DNA of 64,000 nt from an uncultured Bacteroidota bacterium (GTDB lineage: Bacteria; Bacteroidota; Bacteroidia; 2-12-FULL-35-15): assembly GCA_903847205.1 (NCBI GenBank), contig CAINDA010000061.1, positions 2,543-66,542 of the forward strand. The letters are read 5' to 3'. The notes under the pieces were generated by a model. It did no database searches. It was given only the letters and a program-made list of their open reading frames with translations, and had not been told where the DNA came from. Shown in pieces: positions 29,913 through 37,809 of this stretch (positions are counted from its first letter, which is position 1; the number at the start of each line of letters is the position of its first letter). The position numbers and the translations under genes are program-made.

Positions 29913-31811
29913 TTAGATCTGTAATTGAAGTTTCATTTTTCTCAAAGGGATACTCAATTCAACTGTAGTTCCGATAGGAAGATTATTTTTATCTTCCACA
30001 TCTTTAATATCAGCACGAATATCAATATTCTCTTTCGCACTGATCAGTTCGAGCCTTTCATGAAGAATTGACATACCCATGGATTTATGAGTAAGCTCCG
30101 TCATTTTTTTGATTTCCATTGCCTTTTTTCTTCCAACGCCGTTATCACTGATTTTACAGATAAGCACATTGTTTATTATTTTAAATCCGATTTTGATTTG
30201 CCCATCATCATCTCTTCTGGGCGCAATGCCGTGTATAATAGCGTTTTCAATATACGGCTGAATAAGCATGGAGGGGATTTCTATTATTTCAGTATCAATT
30301 ATCGGATCGATTGAAATTGTATAACTGAATTTTTTACCGAAACGTAATTTTTCGAGTTCTAAATAATCTTCCAGCATTTTTATCTCAGACTCCAGTGAAA
30401 TAAAAGCATGATCAGAATTTTCGAGAGTTGCGCGAATAAGTCTGGCAAATTTTGATAAAAATTTAGCCGCAGATACCGAATCGTTTTGAGTCATAAAGCT
30501 TTGAATTGACGCCATGCAATTAAAAATAAAATGAGGATTCATCTGTGATCGCAAGGCTTTAAGCTCGGCATTAAACCATTTGCCTTCCAGTTCAAACTTC
30601 TTTTTTTCTGTGTCGGTTTTTTCCTGAAGCGATTTTATATTTTCCGTTTTCCTTCTTTGTATTAAAATCCAGATGATGGCACCGGCGAGCAATGCGAGAA
30701 ATACAAGTAATACATAAGCCGCTTTTTTTTCACTTCTCTCTCTTTGTAAACTAAGCTCTTTTATTGCCTGTTCGGTTTTAATAGCAGCTTCTTTTTTATC
30801 AAACTCATAATTCATTTCTTTACGCACCAATTGCTTTTTGTTTTCCTGGCTGAAAAGCGTATCCTTCAGTGCGACTGCTTTTTTAAAATGTAAGAGAGCT
30901 TCTTTGTGTCTCCCAATTGTATCGTACAGCTTTGAGAGCAGCTTTTCCGACTGCATTAAGTCATTCATAAAGCCGATGCTGTCATTCATCCTTAAAGCTT
31001 TTTTTAAATATTGTTCTGCTTCTTTAAATTTTCCGGTAGTAGTATAAAGTGAACCTATATTTCCTAATGTTGTGGCAATTTGATTTTTATTTCCGGCCTT
31101 TTCTGAGGCCTTTAAAGCTTGAAAATAGAAATCTAAAGCCTGCGGATAATCCTTCAGCTGATTATAGGCAGCACCGATATTGCCAAGCCAGATTTCATTT
31201 TTTTCCCTTTGTCCTTCAGACATTTTTAAGGCTTTGAAATAATATTCCAGTGCTTTGGGATAGTCGGATTGATCTGCATATACGCTTCCAATGTTGCCAA
31301 GCCAGGTTTCAATATTGTTTTTATCTCCAAGTTCTTTCGACATTTTCAAAGCCTCGAAATAATAATTCAAAGCCCTGGTATAATCGCTTTGATATAAATA
31401 AACATTTCCAATATTTCCGAGCCGGGTTGCTATTCCTTTTTTATTTTTAATGTCTTCGTCTATTCTCAAAGCTTTTAGATAAAAATCCAGAGCAAGCGGA
31501 TAGTCAGCCTGAAGACGATAAATATTTCCGATATTATTGCTTGCCTGCGCCGTACCTTTTTTAAAATCTAATTTGCCGGCAAGCTTTAATGCGTCTTCCC
31601 CGCATCGCAAACCTTTTTCAAAATTCCCTGTAAGCTGATATTCATGCGTTAATTGATAAAGGTGAATAACTTTGAGAGTATCCGGTTTTTCCGTTTTGAT
31701 AAGAGTTAGAAGTGAATCAATGTTTTTGTTTTGGCCAAAACAACTTAAAATTAAAAGTCCGGAATTTAAAATTGTGAGGAGAAGAAATTTTTTCATCAAT
31801 CTAAAATACAA
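29913..31811 (-). CDS. TPR-repeat sensor histidine kinase (LytS-type)
   Basis: Signal peptide, TPRs (LGNIGNVY), TM helix, ALRSQMNPHFIFN, IQPYIENAIIHG and DNGVGR. Confidence 0.93.
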   Translation of the reverse strand: MYFRLMKKFLLLTILNSGLLILSCFGQNKNIDSLLTLIKTEKPDTLKVIHLYQLTHEYQLTGNFEKGLRCGEDALKLAGKLDFKKGTAQASNNIGNIYRLQADYPLALDFYLKALRIDEDIKNKKGIATRLGNIGNVYLYQSDYTRALNYYFEALKMSKELGDKNNIETWLGNIGSVYADQSDYPKALEYYFKALKMSEGQREKNEIWLGNIGAAYNQLKDYPQALDFYFQALKASEKAGNKNQIATTLGNIGSLYTTTGKFKEAEQYLKKALRMNDSIGFMNDLMQSEKLLSKLYDTIGRHKEALLHFKKAVALKDTLFSQENKKQLVRKEMNYEFDKKEAAIKTEQAIKELSLQRERSEKKAAYVLLVFLALLAGAIIWILIQRRKTENIKSLQEKTDTEKKKFELEGKWFNAELKALRSQMNPHFIFNCMASIQSFMTQNDSVSAAKFLSKFARLIRATLENSDHAFISLESEIKMLEDYLELEKLRFGKKFSYTISIDPIIDTEIIEIPSMLIQPYIENAIIHGIAPRRDDDGQIKIGFKIINNVLICKISDNGVGRKKAMEIKKMTELTHKSMGMSILHERLELISAKENIDIRADIKDVEDKNNLPIGTTVELSIPLRKMKLQLQI

Positions 31812-32083
31812 TTATATTCTTAAATCGTTAACACAAATTTCTGCTGCTTGTTCTTGGCTTTGCCGGTGTTTTAGAATTTTTTTATAAAACAGCTGAACAA
31901 TGGCTGCCCGGCAATTTTTCTTTAATGAACCAGCTGAATAATCTAATTCAATTACGGATACAAATTTTCTATTACGCCAGCCTGATGTAATTAACTGACA
32001 GCCCATCACCTTCTAATAACAGCGTGCACTAAATTAGTTTTAGTGTAGCTTTTATATTTTAAAAAACTTAAATTTGTTTTAGG

Positions 32084-34219
32084 ATGAAACATTCATTAAA
32101 ATATCTGATACTTTTATTTTCATCGTTTCATTTTAATTTCAATTTTTCACAGACGCTGCATTTACCGCCCAGGGCTTCAAACGCTTTAACCGGAAGCCAG
32201 TTTGTTGTTACAATAAATTCCGGCAGTCTAAGCCTTTCTTCACGCGAAAATTTAATATTTTCTGAAATCAGTAACGGCAATGTTCCTGATTTTTACCGGA
32301 CCCTTATTCCTGTTACATCTACAGCGGTTATCGGCGGCATTACTCAAAGTGCCGTTTATTTTGTTATTCCTGATTACCTTGCTGTGGGCTGTGATACAGA
32401 TTATTTTCTCTGCCCGATGAGCCCGATGCTTGCGTCAGAGATAGGGGCTTTAGCCGGCTGTACGCTGCCAACCAGAAAAATGGTAAATGATATCTGGACA
32501 GCAGCTACAGTGCATCTCACCCCGTCGCCGATTCCTCCCAGCCCAAGCATGACAACCGTTCCGGTGTTCGATCAGCACAATACAACTGTGAAAGGACAGC
32601 GTGCGGGCTTTATTGCACAGCATCCATTAGGTGAGTTAGTCAGCGGTGATAAAAAAGATGTAATCATTTCGAATCAGATTTATTCCATCGCAAACCGCGT
32701 AATCATCTATGGATGGCTTCAAACAAACGGAACACCAATTCAGCCTTTAACCAATGTGCATGCGGATACTTATATGGATTACAGCCACGGCATACGCCTT
32801 GTTCAGGACAGCTGTATGCTCAATGGAACGACTCCTTCATCGGTGAAATCGATATTAAAGTCGGCATCATTAAATCCGATATTAAGTGATGAAGGGCCGA
32901 TTTCACAGCCATGGTATCCATACAACCAGCCTGTAACACAGCTTTCGAAACCTGTTTCATTTGCTGTACTGCAAAACACTTCTTCGTCATTAAAAATTAA
33001 AGCCGCAAATGATTTAGATGTCAGCGATTATAAAGTTTATACAAGTGCCGACGGATTAACATTTAATCCGCCTATTACACTTCCAAAAACAAATCTCATT
33101 GTAAACGGTTTAAGCACAAACACAATTTGTTATATTAAAATTGCTGCTTATAATACAGCGTATAATATTACTTCCTCTATGTCGGAAGTGCTTGCCGCTG
33201 TTCCTTCTGCAGTAAACGATAGTGTATTAATTGTGAATGGCTTCGACAGGGCTGTTACAGGCAACACCTATAATTTTATACGGCAGCACGGCTCTTCATT
33301 TTATAATAATCAGCATTATTATGAGTCCGCCACAAACGAAGCAGTAACGGATGGTTTGGTTAATTTAAGCGATTATAAAACGGTTGATTATATTTTAGGA
33401 AAAGAAAGTTCTGCTGATGAAACATTCAGCAATGCGGAGCAGACATTTGTTTCTGATTATTTAAAACAAGGCGGCCATTTATTTGTATCGGGCTCTGAGA
33501 TAGCCTGGGACCTCGATCATTTGGGAAGTGCAGCGGACAAAGCCTTTTTTAATAATTATTTAAAAGCAGCATATACGTTTGATGCTCCCAATAACTCAGC
33601 ATCCTCTTTTTACACCGCTTACAATTCAGGTATGAGCTCTTCTATATTCAATGGCATTGATTCTGTTAACTTCGATAATGGAAGCAGCGGCACTTACAAT
33701 GTTGATTATCCCGATGTAATAAATACTCTCAATGGCAGTAACGCTGATCTCCATTATGCCTCTAATTCAAATGATATTTCCGCAATACATTACCGGGGAG
33801 TGTTTACCGGAGGCAGTCAGGAGGGCCGGTTGGTATATTTATGTTTCCCTTTCGAAACCATTTATAATCAAGCTAAGCGCGATTCATTAATGAACCGCAT
33901 CATTTATTTTTTCGACAATCAACAGCTTACAACAGGTGTCGCAAGTATTGAAAACAGTGATGATTTTGGACTTGCCGTTTTTCCAAATCCAATAAATTCA
34001 AACGGAACCATTGATCTTAATTTTAATAAACAGGAGGCGGTATCTATTGATTTATATGACATTCAGGGCAATAAAGTGTTTTCAAAAACAAACCAGCCTT
34101 TTGACGCCGGCCGTCGCTTCATTTCTTTTAACGGATATGATTTAGCTTCTGGAATTTATCTCTTATCTGTCAAAACGAAAAACGCTGAAAAAAATATCCG
34201 GATAGCGATTATTAATTAA
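32084..34219 (+). CDS. T9SS-secreted multidomain protein (uncharacterised N-terminal domain + FN3-like + alpha/beta domain + CTD)
   Basis: Signal peptide; GDKKDV, IYGW..QPL..VH..Y.DYSHGIRLV; FN3-like segment; LIVNGFDR, GGHLFVSGSEIAWDLD, FPFETI; CTD VFPNP...GIYLL. Confidence 0.75.
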   Translation: MKHSLKYLILLFSSFHFNFNFSQTLHLPPRASNALTGSQFVVTINSGSLSLSSRENLIFSEISNGNVPDFYRTLIPVTSTAVIGGITQSAVYFVIPDYLAVGCDTDYFLCPMSPMLASEIGALAGCTLPTRKMVNDIWTAATVHLTPSPIPPSPSMTTVPVFDQHNTTVKGQRAGFIAQHPLGELVSGDKKDVIISNQIYSIANRVIIYGWLQTNGTPIQPLTNVHADTYMDYSHGIRLVQDSCMLNGTTPSSVKSILKSASLNPILSDEGPISQPWYPYNQPVTQLSKPVSFAVLQNTSSSLKIKAANDLDVSDYKVYTSADGLTFNPPITLPKTNLIVNGLSTNTICYIKIAAYNTAYNITSSMSEVLAAVPSAVNDSVLIVNGFDRAVTGNTYNFIRQHGSSFYNNQHYYESATNEAVTDGLVNLSDYKTVDYILGKESSADETFSNAEQTFVSDYLKQGGHLFVSGSEIAWDLDHLGSAADKAFFNNYLKAAYTFDAPNNSASSFYTAYNSGMSSSIFNGIDSVNFDNGSSGTYNVDYPDVINTLNGSNADLHYASNSNDISAIHYRGVFTGGSQEGRLVYLCFPFETIYNQAKRDSLMNRIIYFFDNQQLTTGVASIENSDDFGLAVFPNPINSNGTIDLNFNKQEAVSIDLYDIQGNKVFSKTNQPFDAGRRFISFNGYDLASGIYLLSVKTKNAEKNIRIAIIN

Positions 34220-34417
34220 TCCGCCAAAATCACCGCTCCAGCTCTTTATAGCAGCAATAAATACTTCTGAATAAGATTAAAATATACGGTAGAAATCCCA
34301 AACTCCGAAAGTGTGAATGATGCAGCTAGTTTCTGAAATTATGTAATGTATCCTGTTTAAAGAGCGGCCACCTTTGCACCCGCTATTTAGAACTCATTCA
34401 CACTTAAAATAAATCAC

Positions 34418-34708
34418 ATGAAAAAATTAATTTTTTTAAGCAGTCTGTCTGTGATGGCACTCTTCTCTGAAGGATGTATGCCTGCTTATATAAGCATAGT
34501 TCCCGAATACTCAGAGCCAGTAAGGCCTCTGCGTCCAAGCGACGACCATATCTGGATTGACGGCGATTGGGTTTGGAGCCGCCAGACACGCTCTTATACC
34601 AGGAGAACTGGCAGCTGGGAAGTGCCTCACCACGGGCGAACATATACGAAAGGGAGCTGGGAGAAAACACCTCGCGGCAGCCATTGGGTGCAGGGCCGCT
34701 GGCGATAG
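34418..34708 (+). CDS. YXWGXW-repeat small lipoprotein
   Basis: SEGC lipobox-like site; RPS..HIWIDGDWVW, YTRRTGSW, YTKGSW and HWVQGRW repeats. Confidence 0.8.
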   Translation: MKKLIFLSSLSVMALFSEGCMPAYISIVPEYSEPVRPLRPSDDHIWIDGDWVWSRQTRSYTRRTGSWEVPHHGRTYTKGSWEKTPRGSHWVQGRWR

Positions 34709-35072
34709 GATTACTGCAGTATGAACCCTGTTAAATTGGCTTTATGCTGATTTAATATGGCTCATGAACTTAAATTGTAGAAATAAGAAGCAATAAATTG
34801 AGCAGTTTCTCTTTCAGCTTTTTAAAAAATAATTGACCTTTCCTTTTAATTTTATGCAGCAATACTGCCACGGAAAATAAAGTATCGGTATTAATGTTTT
34901 TTTTCGCACCGAAACTTCCGATAATATTGAATAAGGTATCAGCAGGCAAAAAGAAAATGAGTCAAAAGACTTGATCTTCTTTGATTCCGAGCAGTCTATT
35001 TATGATCAGGAACAAAATAGTATATTTGCAGTCAGCGAATTATTTAATCACAAACAATTAAATTAAAACGAT

Positions 35073-35684
35073 ATGAAAAAAAAATTACTACAAATCACAA
35101 TTGCTCTTTTTGCAGGCGGGGTATTTACAGTTAATGCGCAATCATTTGTTAAAGGGCAGAAAGACCTTAACATTGGAATAGGTTTAGGCGGCGGTTATGG
35201 AAGCACCGTTTCGGGAACACTTTATGCCGGCGAAACACAAAGCTCTACTCCCCCTATCAGTGCCTCTTTAGATTTTGGAATAACGGATGCTATAAGTCTG
35301 GGCGGATACGTGGGTTATACAGGTACAAAATGGACATATACCGGTACTGATTTCTATAATGGAGCCTATGTTAATTATACAAATACTGAGTCGTGGACGT
35401 ATTACATTATAGGAGTAAGGGGCGCATACCACTTTTCTAAATTTATTTCAAATGAGAAAGTGGACTTATATGCAGGGATAATGCTTGGTGATGCAATTGC
35501 AACAAATACATTTACAACAACCGACCCTAACCCTTCTTATGTGCACACTACTTCAACTGGCGGCGGAGGTGTTTTTTCAGGATTTGCTGGCTGCAGATAT
35601 AGATTTAGTGACCATGTGGGAGCTTTTGGTGAGATAGGTTATGGGATTTCATATTTAAATTTAGGATTGAATTTAAAATTCTAA
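35073..35684 (+). CDS. Outer-membrane beta-barrel protein (about 8 strands)
   Basis: Signal peptide (VNA-Q), LNIGIGLG, IGVRGAYHF, CRYRFSDHVGAFGEIGYG and a terminal LNLKF. TATATTTG -7 element at 35021. Confidence 0.85.
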   Translation: MKKKLLQITIALFAGGVFTVNAQSFVKGQKDLNIGIGLGGGYGSTVSGTLYAGETQSSTPPISASLDFGITDAISLGGYVGYTGTKWTYTGTDFYNGAYVNYTNTESWTYYIIGVRGAYHFSKFISNEKVDLYAGIMLGDAIATNTFTTTDPNPSYVHTTSTGGGGVFSGFAGCRYRFSDHVGAFGEIGYGISYLNLGLNLKF

Positions 35685-35725
35685 ACCACCTCTTCTTAAA
35701 CCATTAATAAAATCTTACAGAATAG

Positions 35726-35753
35726 ACGTCCCGCAATATTGCGGGACGTTTTT
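35726..35753 (+). terminator. Intrinsic terminator
   Basis: Perfect palindrome acgtcccgcaatattgcgggacgt followed by a T-run, downstream of the OMP gene. Confidence 0.8.
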
Positions 35754-35828
35754 GTTTAGAAATTTCGGGATTAGGATTAAAAGTAAAGAACCCCATTTCC
35801 TTAGAGTAAAGAAATGACTCAGGAAAGT

Positions 35829-36143
35829 GAGAAATGGCTCCTCACACGTGAGAAATCGTATCTGACACTTGAGAAATTGCATCTCACGATTAAGAAATAG
35901 CTCCACACACCAGAGAAATGGCATCTGACACTTGAGAAATCGCATCTCACTATTAAGAAATCGCATCTGACACTTAAGAAATCGCTCCTCTCACCTGAGA
36001 AATGGCATTTCACTATCGAGAAACCACATCTGACACATGAGAAATCGCATTTGACACTTGAGAAATCGCATCGGACTATCAAGAAATAGTTCCTTGCACT
36101 TGGGAAATCGGATCTGACAAATGAGAAATTACCTCCTCCTACT
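35829..36143. repeat. Degenerate tandem array, 15 units of exactly 21 bp, consensus RAGAAATCGCATCTSACACTT
   Basis: Units start at 35829, 35850, 35871 ... 36123 with no indels, e.g. gagaaatcgtatctgacactt, gagaaattgcatctcacgatt, aagaaatcgcatctgacactt, gagaaatcgcatttgacactt. Confidence 0.95.
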
Positions 36144-36254
36144 AAATTGCAACAGAATATAAAAATAGTTTTGAACTCATTTGGAAAGGAGATAACCCAA
36201 AGAAAACAATACGCCGCAGAAAATTTGTTGAAAACTCTATTATTTAATCAGAGT

Positions 36255-36283
36255 TTTGACAAACGAAAAAAGCAGTACATTTG
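36255..36283 (+). promoter_or_regulatory. Candidate Bacteroidota housekeeping promoter (-33 TTTG / -7 TAnnTTTG)
   Basis: tttg at 36255-36258 and tacatttg at 36276-36283, upstream of the LTD/TBDR cluster. Confidence 0.45.
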
Positions 36284-36561
36284 AACTCCTAAAATCAGTA
36301 ATTTAAATTTTTATCGTAAAGCGGTGTTAATTAATTCTTAATCTCTGCTTAATTATTTTGCAGCATGCATTAATTAGTTTTGCTGAATATTATATTAAAA
36401 AAGTACTAATCTAAAAACAAAAATCTTTTCAAAAACAAAAAACGTATCATTCAGCACCCGAAACGAATACCCTGCAGGAACCGGCATCTCAAATGCCCTA
36501 AACAATCCGAAACCGTTTCTAATTAAAAATCAAAACATAAAAAAATCTTAACTTAAAAAAC

Positions 36562-37623
36562 ATGAAAAAACTTTTACTCTCTGCACTTACGTTATCTGCT
36601 TATTTAACTGTTAATGCACAATGCACTGAATTATTTTTCTCAGAATACCTTGAAGGCGGCGGAGAAAACCATGCCATAGAAATTTACAACCCCACAGCAA
36701 ATACTGTTGACCTTAGTAAGTACGTGGTGAGAAGATATTCTGACGGACACTCGTATTACACAGAAACGTTGCACTTTACCGACAGTAACCGTGTGGGAAT
36801 GCATACCACCGCGTTTATCCCGCCTTATGGAACGTATGTTATTGTAAGCGGTTTCCTAATTCCTCAAGGAAGTCTGCCGGCATGCGATACTATTTTAACC
36901 AATAAAATACTGCATGGCAGCCTCAATGGTATGCTTGATTCTTGCTGCCATAACGGAACCAATGTTGAACAGGCTGGTATCATGGTTTATAATGGCGACG
37001 ATGCCCTTACCATCGAAAAACATAACCAGGATGGTACCTTCACCAAAGTTGATATTTTTGGCTGCATAGGTGAAAGGCCTACGAATTCTGCGGGAGGTAC
37101 AAGCCCTACCGGCGGCTGGGTGGCTGCACCGCCTTTTAATAATGGAGTAGGAGGAAATTACCTTTCAAGAAATTACAGCTTGCGGAGAAAGGCCTCCATT
37201 AAAGCTGGTGTAACAACTAATCCGCTTCCCGGCACATTCAATATATTAGCTGCTTACGATACTGTTGCTTCTAATAATTTCGGTAATCCCCCAGTGTATA
37301 ACGAAAATTACACAGATTTAGGCCACCATACCTGCGATTGCAATCCAGCTGGTATTGCCGAAATTAATGGGGTGCGTGTAAATGTTAATGTTTACCCCAA
37401 CCCTTCCAACGGACAATCTATTGCGATATCAGCCATGGAAATTATTGAAAATATAGAAATTGTAAACCTTTTGGGTCAGCCGATATTACCGGTTGTTGAA
37501 GAGCGTCATACTACATTCGTAAAATACAGTTATGGTTCTTTTACAAAAGGAATTTATTTCGCTAAGGTTACTTTTAAGGATAAAAGCTACCAAACTGCAG
37601 TTAAGCGCATAGTAATTGAATAG
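36562..37623 (+). CDS. T9SS-secreted lamin-tail-domain protein
   Basis: ELFFSEYLEGGGENHAIEIYNPT..VDLSKY, YNGDDAL, VDIFG.IG and SLRRKASI; CTD VYPNPS...KGIYF. Confidence 0.85.
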   Translation: MKKLLLSALTLSAYLTVNAQCTELFFSEYLEGGGENHAIEIYNPTANTVDLSKYVVRRYSDGHSYYTETLHFTDSNRVGMHTTAFIPPYGTYVIVSGFLIPQGSLPACDTILTNKILHGSLNGMLDSCCHNGTNVEQAGIMVYNGDDALTIEKHNQDGTFTKVDIFGCIGERPTNSAGGTSPTGGWVAAPPFNNGVGGNYLSRNYSLRRKASIKAGVTTNPLPGTFNILAAYDTVASNNFGNPPVYNENYTDLGHHTCDCNPAGIAEINGVRVNVNVYPNPSNGQSIAISAMEIIENIEIVNLLGQPILPVVEERHTTFVKYSYGSFTKGIYFAKVTFKDKSYQTAVKRIVIE

Positions 37624-37775
37624 AGTAGTTCCAAAAATTCAAAAAAGAACTTAACCGCAAAGAACATAAAGAATGCGCAAAGCTCGCTAAGTAATGATTT
37701 CATTTATTTCTTTGCGAACTTTGCGTTTTTGTGTTTGCGGACTTTGTGGTAAAAAAATAATTTTTGGAACCGCCC
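37623..37775. mobile_element. Candidate MITE: imperfect terminal inverted repeats enclosing a CGCAAAG/CTTTGCG palindromic repeat
   Basis: gagtagttccaaaaatt (37623-37639) pairs with aatttttggaaccgccc (37759-37775) at 14/17. The interior reads ttaaccgcaaagaacataaagaatgcgcaaag ... ctttgcgaactttgcg...ctttgtggtaaa. Confidence 0.5.
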
Positions 37776-37809
37776 TTAAATTACTAAAGAAACTTTAATA
37801 AGGGAAAAA

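Noticed and set aside
35715-36082. ORFs 35715..35966 and 35819..36082 as genes
   Set aside because: They are by-products of the 21-bp array read in two overlapping frames, with weak starts, and one runs through a terminator. A microprotein is kept only as a hypothesis in the findings.
35829-36143. CRISPR array interpretation of the tandem repeats (also 22108-22232 and 45900-46214)
   Set aside because: Units are contiguous 21-mers with no unique 25-45 bp spacers, the repeats are degenerate, and there are no cas genes in the window.
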